32,000 nt of DNA from the NCBI GenBank assembly GCA_000387965.1, contig APJZ01000005.1, positions 26,945 through 58,944 of the forward strand, read 5' to 3'. Of this stretch, positions 1 to 9,233 are shown one piece after another. How positions within the stretch are numbered: position 1 is the first letter of the stretch; every line of letters starts with the position of its first letter. The notes beneath the pieces were generated by a model that searched no databases, was not told the DNA's origin, and worked only from the letters and a program-made list of their open reading frames with translations. The position numbers and the translations under genes are program-made. This stretch comes from Candidatus Nanobsidianus stetteri. GTDB lineage: Archaea > Nanobdellota > Nanobdellia > Nanobdellales > Nanobdellaceae.

Positions 1-27
1 TAAAGTGCGGATATACATGGAGAGTAT

Positions 28-537
28 ATGATTGAAAAAATAAAGAAATTTATAGTAAGAATATTTTTCGGAGATGATTATTTAAGTGATATTTTATTTT
101 TAATATTTATATTTATTGTATATTTTATTATTCAAATTGTATATCCACCATTATTTTCAGTAATAGTATCTCCTAGTATGGAGCATTATTATTTTAATTT
201 CCAAAAATATGAACAATATAATATTACACAACAAGAATTTTTTCAATTCCCATATCCAAATGGTTTATATGTTGGAGATATAGTAATAATTTTACCAATT
301 AATACACAATATTTAAGAATTGGTGATGTGATTTTATATAAAGGAATATCATTGTATAAAAATGAGGATATTTTCCATAGAATAGTTGGTTATAATAATA
401 GTAACTTTATAATTATGGGTGATAATAATCCAGGACCAATAATATTTGAGGGAGAAAATAATATGGATCCAAATAGAATTATTGGAATTGGAATATTGAG
501 AATACCTTTACTTGGATATATTAAGCTTTTGATTTAA
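28..537 (+). CDS. Signal peptidase I, archaeal/eukaryal Sec11 (S26B) type
   Basis: 169-aa ORF. An N-terminal TM helix (ILFLIFIFIVYFIIQIV) is followed by the catalytic Ser box VSPSMEH, the His box FHRIVGY and the GDNN box (IIMGDNNPGP), in the order expected for Ser/His signal peptidases. Confidence 0.75.
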   Translation: MIEKIKKFIVRIFFGDDYLSDILFLIFIFIVYFIIQIVYPPLFSVIVSPSMEHYYFNFQKYEQYNITQQEFFQFPYPNGLYVGDIVIILPINTQYLRIGDVILYKGISLYKNEDIFHRIVGYNNSNFIIMGDNNPGPIIFEGENNMDPNRIIGIGILRIPLLGYIKLLI

Positions 538-1608
538 TTTTCTATATATTTCTTTTATCTCATAATACGAATCTTTCTTTGATAGATTTCTATTTAATAT
601 TCCAAATTTTGCATTATATCCAAAATCCCACTCATAATTATCCATTAAGGACCATATAAAATATCCTTTTATGTTATACTTTTTTCTATTTTTTACAAAA
701 TAATTTAAATATCTTTTAATAATTCTAACTCTTAAAAATTCATCTTCAGTATTTACCCCATTCTCTGTTATAAATATAGGTTTGTCTAAGTTCTTTAAGA
801 TATTATTTAATATAGATACACTAAATGACGGCTTTCTTTCATATATATCCTTTATATCTTTAAATATACCATAATAGTTTATTCCATAAAAATCTACTTC
901 TTTTGGAAATAATAGATGAATATTTGAACTTATTATATCCTTTAGTAAAAAGTTAAATGGTAATTTTAATAATGATAAACTTTCCGTATATATTAAATAA
1001 ACATTAAATTCCTTTGTTATTTTATATAATTCCTTATTTGCATAAAATATATTATCTAATATCACTATCGCATTCTTTAAATCTTCTATAGAATTTACTT
1101 TTTTAAATGGAGGCCATTTACCAAAAACGTAAGAAGAAAATATATATACCCATGGTTCATTAAATGATATAAAGTACTTAACACCCAATTTTGAAAATGT
1201 ATCAATTATAAAATATGAATAATCAATAAAGCATTCTATATTTTCTTTATTTTCCCATCCTCCCAAATTATAAAACCATAAAGGATTGACATAATGCCAT
1301 AAAGTTATAAATGGCTCTATATTATTTTTTATTAATTTATCAGTAAATTCTAAATATCTTTTCATACTGCTATAATCTATCTTATTTTTACTCGGATATA
1401 TTCTAGCCCAATCTATTGAAAATCTAAAAGCATTTGCATTTAAATCAATTAATATTGGTATTATATCTAAATACCTTTCCCATAAATTACATGCATTATC
1501 TATTTCTGGTAACTTTCCATTTTTAATAAAATAATACCAATCCTGATTATTATAATTTCCTTCTGTTTGAAATGATGATATTGAGAATCCTAAATAGAAC
1601 TTATCCAT
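508..1608 (-). CDS. Glycoside hydrolase family 1 beta-glycosidase (compact, 366 aa)
   Basis: GH1 signature blocks occur in order: SSFQTEG, NAFRFSIDWARIYP, TLWHYVNPLW, acid/base FNEPWVY, nucleophile ITENGV, and C-terminal WSLMDNYEWDFGYNAKFG. Confidence 0.85.
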   Translation of the reverse strand: MDKFYLGFSISSFQTEGNYNNQDWYYFIKNGKLPEIDNACNLWERYLDIIPILIDLNANAFRFSIDWARIYPSKNKIDYSSMKRYLEFTDKLIKNNIEPFITLWHYVNPLWFYNLGGWENKENIECFIDYSYFIIDTFSKLGVKYFISFNEPWVYIFSSYVFGKWPPFKKVNSIEDLKNAIVILDNIFYANKELYKITKEFNVYLIYTESLSLLKLPFNFLLKDIISSNIHLLFPKEVDFYGINYYGIFKDIKDIYERKPSFSVSILNNILKNLDKPIFITENGVNTEDEFLRVRIIKRYLNYFVKNRKKYNIKGYFIWSLMDNYEWDFGYNAKFGILNRNLSKKDSYYEIKEIYRKLNQKLNISK

Positions 1609-2485
1609 ATATTTTTAATAATTTACTTATACCATTATAAATTGCTCTCTCATTATATCCACCTTCTAAGATATATATAACCTTATTGAACCTTTTTAAA
1701 TAATTAAAAGCATATTCATAAGATTTTAATGTAATATTAAATACAGATAGAGGATCCTTTTTATGCATATCAAATCCTAAAGATACTAATATAATTTCTG
1801 GATTTATTTCTTCAATTAGTGGAAATATTTTATCCTTTAATAAATTAATATAATAATTATCATCTATATTAAAATCTAATGGAAAATTAAAATAATTATT
1901 TCCAGATTCTAATCCAGTATTTGGATATATATTTTTTGCATGAGTAGATATATAATATATATTTTTCTTATTTTCAATTATATCTTGAGTTCCATTTCCA
2001 TGATGTAAATCTATATCAAAAATTAATGCATTCTTATACATTTTTCTTGCATACATTCCAGCAATTGCGATATTATTAAATATACAAAATCCCAAAGTTT
2101 TATCATTATTTAATGGATTTCTTGGAACATGATGACCAGGAGGCCTTGTAGGTATAAAAATATATTTATCATTTAATTCTATACTTTCTAATACACCTTC
2201 AACTGATTTAAGGATAGAATAAATTGATAAAGGAGATATATATGTATCAGAATCTAAGTAAATAATTCTATTATTTTTATAAGAATTTTTCCAAATTCTT
2301 TTTATAATTTTGACATATTTCCAACTATGTGCATAATTTATATATCTATATATATCTTTCCTTATTTTTCCTATTTTCTTATAATTATTTTTTATCAATC
2401 TTTTTATTACTAACAATCTTCTATTATTTTCTATATGGTTTGGATCATTATGATATAATAAATATTTTGAATATAATATCAACAT
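1601..2485 (-). CDS. Histone deacetylase / AcuC / acetylpolyamine amidohydrolase family deacetylase
   Basis: Arginase-deacetylase fold motifs are present: RPPGHH, Zn/charge-relay block DIDLHHGNGTQ, and C-terminal EGGY. It overlaps the GH1 gene start by 8 nt on the same strand. Confidence 0.8.
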   Translation of the reverse strand: MLILYSKYLLYHNDPNHIENNRRLLVIKRLIKNNYKKIGKIRKDIYRYINYAHSWKYVKIIKRIWKNSYKNNRIIYLDSDTYISPLSIYSILKSVEGVLESIELNDKYIFIPTRPPGHHVPRNPLNNDKTLGFCIFNNIAIAGMYARKMYKNALIFDIDLHHGNGTQDIIENKKNIYYISTHAKNIYPNTGLESGNNYFNFPLDFNIDDNYYINLLKDKIFPLIEEINPEIILVSLGFDMHKKDPLSVFNITLKSYEYAFNYLKRFNKVIYILEGGYNERAIYNGISKLLKIYG

Positions 2486-2520
2486 AACATTATAATATTT
2501 TCTTACAATAAAAATATTTT

Positions 2521-3843
2521 ATGTATAATTGCATATTGATTGGTATTGATGAAATATGGACAAAATCCGAAAAAGTAAAGAAACAGATGATAAATATGTT
2601 AATAAATGATATTAAAAATAGGATAAATTTTGATAAAATAGAAAATAGGAGAGGTAGAATAATAATATGGGATTATAAAGATGAATGGATAAATATATTA
2701 AGAAATATTCCGGGAATAAAAAATATATATCCAGCTATTTATTTTGAAACATCCATAGAAAATATAAAAAAATATTCTTTAGAATTCTTTAATAATTTTA
2801 TTGGAAATATTAGTAGATTTAAAGTATCTACAAAAAGAGTTGATAAAAACTTTCCTTATAAATCTATAGAAGTTAATAAAATTGTTGGAGAAGAAATTTT
2901 AAATAAATATAAATTAAAAGTTGATGTAAAAAATCCTGAAAAAATATTATATATTGAGATTCACAAAGATTATACATTTATTTATGATAAAATAATTAGT
3001 GGACCAGGAGGATTGCCAGAAGGATCTCAAGGTAAAGGAATTTTATTATTTTCTGGCGGATCCGATTCATCAGTAGCCTCATATATTATTTCAAAAAGAG
3101 GATTAAAAATTGACTTTTTATTTATTAACATTGCAGGAGATATTTATTTACAATATGTATATAATGTATATAATAAATTGAAAGATTATTTTCCAAATTC
3201 AAAATTATATGTTTATGATTTGGATATAGGATATTTATTTAATGTAAGAGAAGGATATAGGCAAATATTATTTAAAGCAATAATGTATAAGATTGCAGAA
3301 AAGTTTGCAAAGAAAAATAACTATGACTGTATAGTTACTGGAGAATCTTTGGGACAGGTTTCTACACAGACAATTGATTCACTAAAAGTATTAGATAGCA
3401 TTGTAGATATTTTAGTATTAAGACCATTAATTGGATTCAATAAAGGTGAAATATTGGATTTATCAAAGAAAATTGGTATATATAATATAAGAGCACCAGA
3501 GATATGTAAAATTGAAAATCATCCAGTAACAAAACCAAAAATTGATATAATAATTTCTGAACTAAATAAATTAAATATAGATTTAGATAAAGAAGTTGAA
3601 AAGATTAAAGAAATTAATAATATAAATATTGAAGAATTCAATTTAAAAATTCCAGATAAAAAAGATCTAATAATTGTCAAATCTGAAGAATTTTCTAAAT
3701 ATAATTTTGAAAAAGGTAAGAGATATTTATTAATATGTAAAAAGGGAATATTATCCAAATATTTTGCTAAAAGATTAAGAAATATAGGAATAGAAGCATA
3801 TTATATGGATGAAAAAACTGCAAAAATGTTGAAGTATATATAA
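2521..3843 (+). CDS. thiI: tRNA 4-thiouridine synthase ThiI (THUMP + PP-loop ATPase + C-terminal rhodanese-like domain)
   Basis: PP-loop LLFSGGSDSSVASY and the TGESLGQVSTQT block are present. The C-terminal ~70 aa (KRYLLICKKGILSKYFAKRLRNIGIEAYYMD) resembles the rhodanese active-site loop region of E. coli-type ThiI (YLLYCDRGVMS..., as I recall it). Confidence 0.85.
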   Translation: MYNCILIGIDEIWTKSEKVKKQMINMLINDIKNRINFDKIENRRGRIIIWDYKDEWINILRNIPGIKNIYPAIYFETSIENIKKYSLEFFNNFIGNISRFKVSTKRVDKNFPYKSIEVNKIVGEEILNKYKLKVDVKNPEKILYIEIHKDYTFIYDKIISGPGGLPEGSQGKGILLFSGGSDSSVASYIISKRGLKIDFLFINIAGDIYLQYVYNVYNKLKDYFPNSKLYVYDLDIGYLFNVREGYRQILFKAIMYKIAEKFAKKNNYDCIVTGESLGQVSTQTIDSLKVLDSIVDILVLRPLIGFNKGEILDLSKKIGIYNIRAPEICKIENHPVTKPKIDIIISELNKLNIDLDKEVEKIKEINNINIEEFNLKIPDKKDLIIVKSEEFSKYNFEKGKRYLLICKKGILSKYFAKRLRNIGIEAYYMDEKTAKMLKYI

Positions 3844-3885
3844 CTCTGTTAACTATATATGCCTTTTCTATAACATGTAATAACT

Positions 3886-4725
3886 ATGAATATAAACGAA
3901 TATATTAAAAGGGCCAATTATAATGATATAGAAAATATTGTAGAATTTATTAGAAGAAATATTGAAGAAAATAAATTTTATTTTGATTTTGAAGAAAATG
4001 GGAAAAATTCATATAAAATTTATGAAGAAAATTATGTAAAAAGATTATTGGATAAAGGAGATATTATTCTTTTATATATAGAAAATGATCAAATAACTGG
4101 ATTGTCTCATTGGACATCTGAATATGGAATATGGTATAATCTTTACACTGTTGTGAATGAAAAAAACTCTAAAAAAGGAATTGCCAAAAAAATTTATTAT
4201 TATTTCTTAAAACAAGATATACCTGTAGCTGCAGATTTTGTTATATATTTGCCAACTTCTAGTAAAATATTTAAAATATGGGAAAACCATGGGATAAAAA
4301 TCTCTGGTTTTGCTTCATCATTTATACATAAAGATAATAAAAATAATTTATACACAACAATTATTGGATATAGATCAAAAGATAGAATATTAGAATTAAA
4401 GATACCAAAATATTCTGAAAAATTTTTCAAAAATTTATGTATATTAAATAATCTAGATTGTAAAATTTATACATTTGAATATAAAAGAAAAGAAAATAAT
4501 GAGAAATATCCAAAATTAATATATACAACAAATATAAAAGAATATGAAGAAAAAGGATATTATTTAACAGGATTTTTATATAATAATGGACAGATAATTT
4601 ATGCATATTCAAGTAAAGTAGATAAAAATATAAGGGAACCAATTGTAAAATTCTTTAATGATTTGGGAAGAGAAGATATAAAAAATACAATTTTAGAATA
4701 TATCGATAATTTATTATCAATATGA
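3886..4725 (+). CDS. Hypothetical protein, possible GNAT-like acetyltransferase fold in the N-terminal half
   Basis: 279-aa ORF. The evidence is weak: an N-terminal IKRANYNDIENIVEFIRRNIEE pattern and a degenerate acetyl-CoA motif-A-like VVNEKNSKKGIAKKIYYYF. It has a 4-nt overlap with the next gene. Confidence 0.35.
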   Translation: MNINEYIKRANYNDIENIVEFIRRNIEENKFYFDFEENGKNSYKIYEENYVKRLLDKGDIILLYIENDQITGLSHWTSEYGIWYNLYTVVNEKNSKKGIAKKIYYYFLKQDIPVAADFVIYLPTSSKIFKIWENHGIKISGFASSFIHKDNKNNLYTTIIGYRSKDRILELKIPKYSEKFFKNLCILNNLDCKIYTFEYKRKENNEKYPKLIYTTNIKEYEEKGYYLTGFLYNNGQIIYAYSSKVDKNIREPIVKFFNDLGREDIKNTILEYIDNLLSI

Positions 4726-5534
4726 GTCTTGATAAAATTATGATGAATGAAGATAAGAAAGAAGTCATATTCTTATTAGGTGCTACCGGTGGTATTGGCA
4801 AATTATTAGCTGAAGAATTAAAAAATAATGGATATATTATTGTTGGAAATGGAAGAAAAGAAGACGTATTAATTAGTATGAAAAACGAAGGAAAGATATA
4901 TGATTATGTAGTTGGAGATATAACAAAAGATGAAGATAGAAAAAGGATAGTAGAAAAAATAAAAGAATATGTAAATAAAGGATATAAAGTATCTATATTC
5001 TATAATATAGGAATTTTATATAATTATCCTGGAGAATTTAAGAACTATACAAATAAAATGATTGAAGATTCATATAAAACAAATGTAATTTCTATAGAAG
5101 AAATGGATAGAGAATTAGAAGAAAATGGCTTTTATTTAGATACAATTTATATGGTATCAATATCCGCATTTTTCAGAGGAAATTGGGATCATGAATACCA
5201 AAAAACAAAAGCTGCCCTTAAAGCACATGTTGAAGATCAACTACTTAATAGCAATGGTAGAAGAATTATAGCTCTATTTCCAGATACAATAAAAACTGGA
5301 GAAGAGGGGATGGGAAGTAAATTAAAAGAATATCCAAAGATACCTGGAGAAATATTTGTAAAGAAGATTGCTGAAATAATTAATGGAAAATATAAAAAAT
5401 ATTCTGGATTTATATTTGAAATAGATAACAATAATATAATTAAATTATATGGAATAAATCCATCAAAAATTACAAATGCATTTGAATATCTTGAAAAAGT
5501 ATTTATTGAAGATGTGGGAAAAGCTGTTTATTAA
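4722..5534 (+). CDS. Short-chain dehydrogenase/reductase (SDR) family protein
   Basis: A Rossmann glycine motif LLGATGGIGKLLAEEL lies near the N-terminus, and a YxxxK catalytic motif is present (HEYQKTKAAL). Confidence 0.65.
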   Translation: MSLDKIMMNEDKKEVIFLLGATGGIGKLLAEELKNNGYIIVGNGRKEDVLISMKNEGKIYDYVVGDITKDEDRKRIVEKIKEYVNKGYKVSIFYNIGILYNYPGEFKNYTNKMIEDSYKTNVISIEEMDRELEENGFYLDTIYMVSISAFFRGNWDHEYQKTKAALKAHVEDQLLNSNGRRIIALFPDTIKTGEEGMGSKLKEYPKIPGEIFVKKIAEIINGKYKKYSGFIFEIDNNNIIKLYGINPSKITNAFEYLEKVFIEDVGKAVY

Positions 5535-5555
5535 TTTTTTTATTAATATTTTTTA

Positions 5556-6422
5556 ATGATAATACTACCAATTGCATATGATTCATTTTCAACAAGATCC
5601 ATGGCAACAATTATTAAAACTGATATTAAGATATTTATAGATCCATCTGTTGCAATTGCTCCTTATAGATATAATTTAAAACCGCATAGAATTGAATTAG
5701 AAGAATTGAAAAACAAGAAAAAAGAAATAATTGAACTATCAAAAGATGTTGATTTAATAATTATTACACATTATCATTGGGATCACTGTCCAAATCCAAA
5801 GGAAGAACATTTCAAGATATTGTATAATAAAAAGTTGATTATAAAGGATTTTAATAATTATATAAATAATTCTCAAAGAAGAAGAGGAAAAATGGCATAT
5901 GAAAAAATAAAAAATAAATCCGAAATAATTATTGGAGATAATAAATCATTCAAATTTAATAATACTTATATAGAAATATCTCCTCCACTATTTCATGGAA
6001 TAGAAAATTCAGCTTTGGGTTATGTAATTGGTACATATGTAGAATATAAAAATAAATCTTTATTTTTTGGATCGGATATTCAAGGTATTCTAACAGATTT
6101 TACATTAAATTATATAATAGAAAAGAATCCAGATTATATAATATTATCAGGTCCTCCTTTTTATCATGTAAAATGGGATATTTCATATAACGAAATATTC
6201 TATAAAAATATTGAGAAATTGTTAGAGAATACAAAAGTTAGTAAAATAATAATTGACCATCATATGGCTAGATCTCTAAATTATAAGGAAATCTTAGATA
6301 ATTTAAATGAAATTGGAAAAAATTATGGTACAGAATTTTTATCTGCTGCAGATTACCTAAATATTAAAAATGTACAACTAGAAGCAAATAGAGAACTATT
6401 ATATAAATATTATAATGAATAG
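5556..6422 (+). CDS. Metallo-beta-lactamase-fold protein, archaeal UPF0282 family
   Basis: It has the HxHxDH-type motif ITHYHWDHC. The N-terminus MIILPIAYDSFSTRSMATIIKT...IDPSVAIAPYRYNLKP matches the UPF0282 pattern as I remember it (..PLASESLGVRS...IDPGVALAP.RYGLKP). Confidence 0.7.
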   Translation: MIILPIAYDSFSTRSMATIIKTDIKIFIDPSVAIAPYRYNLKPHRIELEELKNKKKEIIELSKDVDLIIITHYHWDHCPNPKEEHFKILYNKKLIIKDFNNYINNSQRRRGKMAYEKIKNKSEIIIGDNKSFKFNNTYIEISPPLFHGIENSALGYVIGTYVEYKNKSLFFGSDIQGILTDFTLNYIIEKNPDYIILSGPPFYHVKWDISYNEIFYKNIEKLLENTKVSKIIIDHHMARSLNYKEILDNLNEIGKNYGTEFLSAADYLNIKNVQLEANRELLYKYYNE

Positions 6423-6495
6423 CGCCGCCGGTGGGACTTGAACCCACGACCTGCCGGTTAACAGCCGGCTGCTCTACCAACTGAGCTACGGCGGC
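6423..6495 (-). tRNA. tRNA-Asn (anticodon GTT)
   Basis: The reverse complement folds by hand into a 73-nt cloverleaf. Its parts are acceptor GCCGCCG/CGGCGGC, D arm GCTC-AGTTGGTA-GAGC, anticodon arm GCCGG-CTGTTAA-CCGGC and T arm GTGGG-TTCAAGT-CCCAC, with discriminator G. There is no encoded CCA and no intron. Confidence 0.9.
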
Positions 6496-6560
6496 ATATA
6501 TATAAATTACTTATTAAATTTTTAATAATCTTTTTATATCTGACTTCCTATAAATAGTTT

Positions 6561-7025
6561 ATGGATATATTGGGTATAGGGATAAAATTATCTTTGGAAG
6601 AAGGTAAGGTAACAATAAAAAAAGAAAAGGAAAAGATGATATTGGAATATAATAATAAAACAATAACATCATCAAATTATAAAGATTATAAAAAGAATTG
6701 GCAGGCTACATTATTAATAAAAGACAATAAAATAAAATTAATAGATAGTAATATTAATTTATATGTATATAATTTTAACGATTTGAATGATAAAAATAAA
6801 ACTTATAGTCTAAATCAATTAATATATTTAGGATATTTATTAAAAAAATCTGAAGAATTTATATTAAAATATGATAAATATTTATTATCTCCAACTGAAA
6901 AAATATCTATTGGAAATGGAAAAATTGGATCGGATTTTGATTCAAAATTAATAAATGAGGAAAAGATGGCCAGAGATATATTATATGTTACAGATGGACT
7001 TTTAATTATTAATAATATTATCTAA
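6561..7025 (+). CDS. Hypothetical protein (154 aa)
   Basis: This is the only long ORF in the interval and it follows an AT-rich promoter-like gap. I recognise no motif. Its 3' end overlaps the convergent AGOG gene by 24 nt. Confidence 0.4.
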   Translation: MDILGIGIKLSLEEGKVTIKKEKEKMILEYNNKTITSSNYKDYKKNWQATLLIKDNKIKLIDSNINLYVYNFNDLNDKNKTYSLNQLIYLGYLLKKSEEFILKYDKYLLSPTEKISIGNGKIGSDFDSKLINEEKMARDILYVTDGLLIINNII

Positions 7026-7712
7026 ATAATTTTTTAATAATTTAATTTTATTTTTAAGCTCTTCATTTTTTATCCTTTCTATTTTATCTTTATTCAATCC
7101 CATAGTAATCCATATTAAAGAATCTATATGTAATAATGGTATATTTATTTCTTTTGATAATTTTATCCAATAATTTTTATCTTTGCTAATTTTTCCAATT
7201 CTATTATCTATTGGTATAAATATTTCAAATGGATATATTATTTTATATCCAATAATCCTCAATCCATAACCATAAATTTTTGTTGAAAATACTATTGTTT
7301 TATCATAAATATTTTGTCCCATTACTTTAGCAATTTCTGAATTAAATTTAACTAAATCATCTTTATAAATTAATAAATCTTTGTCTTTAATCCAATTATA
7401 AATTTTATTTAGTCTTTTTATTTTTATTTCTTTAAATCTTCTATTATATAAATCTATAAAAGATAAAAAATTGTTATATATATTATCATTATGCTTAGAG
7501 AAATATATAGAAAATATTTTCCAGAATTTTTCTCCCTTATATGATAATTGAAAGGCTAATAAAGAATTTATTACAATTAGTTTCAAAAATAAATTCTGAT
7601 TTTTTATATTTTTATATAAAAATCTTAAATATCTATATTGTAAATCATAATTTTCTTCAAAATATAATATTTCTTCAATACTAAATTTAGATAAAATATC
7701 TATAAGATCCAT
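7002..7712 (-). CDS. Archaeal 8-oxoguanine DNA glycosylase/lyase (AGOG family)
   Basis: It shows block-wise similarity to Pyrobaculum AGOG as I recall it. Matching blocks are FSIEEILYFEE..LQY, NSLLAFQLSYKGEKFWKIFSIYFS (cf NALISYRLTGKGEEHWEYFGKYFS), KTIVFSTKIYGY, PFEIFIPIDNRIGKI and INIPLLHIDSLIWITMG. Confidence 0.75.
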   Translation of the reverse strand: MDLIDILSKFSIEEILYFEENYDLQYRYLRFLYKNIKNQNLFLKLIVINSLLAFQLSYKGEKFWKIFSIYFSKHNDNIYNNFLSFIDLYNRRFKEIKIKRLNKIYNWIKDKDLLIYKDDLVKFNSEIAKVMGQNIYDKTIVFSTKIYGYGLRIIGYKIIYPFEIFIPIDNRIGKISKDKNYWIKLSKEINIPLLHIDSLIWITMGLNKDKIERIKNEELKNKIKLLKNYLDNIINN

Positions 7713-7740
7713 TTATTAAAATTTTAAGTAAATTATATAA

Positions 7741-8013
7741 ATGGAAATAAATAAAGAAGAATTCTTTTATTATTTAGATAGAGAATATAAAAAATTGGAA
7801 TTAATATTTAAGAATATAAAATTTTTAGATAATAGGTTTGAAGATTTCCTTATATCTTATTATAAAGATTTGAAATATTTTTATGAGAAAAAAGATTTTG
7901 TAAAAGCATTTGAATTAGAAAATTACATTTGGGGAATTCTAGATACATTAATTAATTTAAGATTAATTGAAGTACCTGAAGAATATAAAAAATGGTTTAA
8001 GTTATTTATTTAG
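7741..8013 (+). CDS. Small helical protein, DUF357-like
   Basis: 90-aa ORF. The pattern YYKDLKYFYEKKDFVKAFELENYIWGILDTL resembles the DUF357 consensus (A..Y..DA.YF...GD...AL...SYA.G.LDA). This is a weak assignment from memory. Confidence 0.4.
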   Translation: MEINKEEFFYYLDREYKKLELIFKNIKFLDNRFEDFLISYYKDLKYFYEKKDFVKAFELENYIWGILDTLINLRLIEVPEEYKKWFKLFI

Positions 8014-9177
8014 GCTTTCATATATTCTAATTAATTCATTTAGCTTTGCAATTCTCTCTCCATTTATAATTCCAAACTTTACAAATGGAACTTCATATCC
8101 AACTGCCAAATGTGCTAATATATTACTTTCAGTCTCTCCAGATCTATGAGATAATATTGGTATAAGACCATTTTCCTTACAAAATTTTACAGCTTCATAT
8201 GCTTTAACAACAGAACCTATTTGATTTGGTTTTATTATAACACCCTTAATTGATTTATATATTAAAGATTTTTTTATTCTTTCTATATTTGTTACAGTTA
8301 GATCATCTCCAACAATTAAACTCTTTGTACTATTATTTATTTCTGCAAATCCTTCAAAATCTTCTTCATATAATGGATCTTCAACATAAAATAGATCATA
8401 TGTATCTATAAGAAACTTTACATATCTTATCTGATCTTCTCTAGAAAATACTTTATTTTTATATCTATAAGTTCCATCTTTATATAATTGACTTGCAGCA
8501 AAATCAATTCCAAGATCAACTTTTATATTATAATCCATCTTAACTTCATCAAAGACCATTTTTATTATATTAAATACCGTTTCATCTTCTAGAGATGTTG
8601 TCCATGCACCCTCATCATTCCTTCCATATAAAAATTTATCATCCAACAATTCCAATCTCTTTCCCAATAATTTATGTATATATGATGCAACAAAAATAGA
8701 TAAAGGTAAATTATCTGTATCTGGAGAAACTAAAAATTCCTGAATATTTGTACTTCTACCTTTTGCATGTGCGCCACCACCAACAACATTTGCCAATATT
8801 CTTATATTTATTTTTGGATTTTTATTAAAAAATTGATAAATTGGTTTTCCTTCATAATTAGACCATGCTCTTAATATAGCATATTCTGTAGCAATTAATG
8901 TATTACCCCCATATCTTTTTATTCCCCCAATTGATTCGAATTCATTTTCAAATTCTTTTAAATCATCTAAAGATGCTATGTCAAATGTTTTTAGAAAATC
9001 TATTAATTCATTATTAAATAATTCGGCAGCTTTTTTAGGATCTAAATATACAACTTCACCAGAACCTTTACTTGCACCTTCAGGAGCAGCTTCTGAATAA
9101 CTATTTATTTCAACTTCTAATGTAGGATCTCCTCTAGAATTTAAAACAACCCTCGCTTTTGCAGATTTAATTTCCAT
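8002..9177 (-). CDS. eno: Enolase (phosphopyruvate hydratase)
   Basis: The N-terminus ARVVLNSRGDPTLEVEI, the IKPNQIGSV block and the enolase signature ILSHRSGETES are all present. Confidence 0.95.
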   Translation of the reverse strand: MEIKSAKARVVLNSRGDPTLEVEINSYSEAAPEGASKGSGEVVYLDPKKAAELFNNELIDFLKTFDIASLDDLKEFENEFESIGGIKRYGGNTLIATEYAILRAWSNYEGKPIYQFFNKNPKINIRILANVVGGGAHAKGRSTNIQEFLVSPDTDNLPLSIFVASYIHKLLGKRLELLDDKFLYGRNDEGAWTTSLEDETVFNIIKMVFDEVKMDYNIKVDLGIDFAASQLYKDGTYRYKNKVFSREDQIRYVKFLIDTYDLFYVEDPLYEEDFEGFAEINNSTKSLIVGDDLTVTNIERIKKSLIYKSIKGVIIKPNQIGSVVKAYEAVKFCKENGLIPILSHRSGETESNILAHLAVGYEVPFVKFGIINGERIAKLNELIRIYESLNK

Positions 9178-9233
9178 AAATAGAAATATTTATAGAAGTC
9201 ATTTATTCTTTTAATTAACTACTAAAAAGTAAA

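Noticed and set aside
3519-5431. Antisense ORFs 3519..3758, 4200..4430, 4427..4642 and 5237..5431
   Set aside because: Each lies wholly within a longer sense ORF (thiI, the GNAT-like gene, SDR). They give hydrophobic, low-complexity translations and have no independent start context.
7967-8149. 60-aa plus-strand ORF spanning the end of the DUF357-like gene and the enolase 3' end
   Set aside because: It is mostly antisense to the enolase C-terminus, including the SHRSGETE-coding region, and out of frame with the upstream gene.
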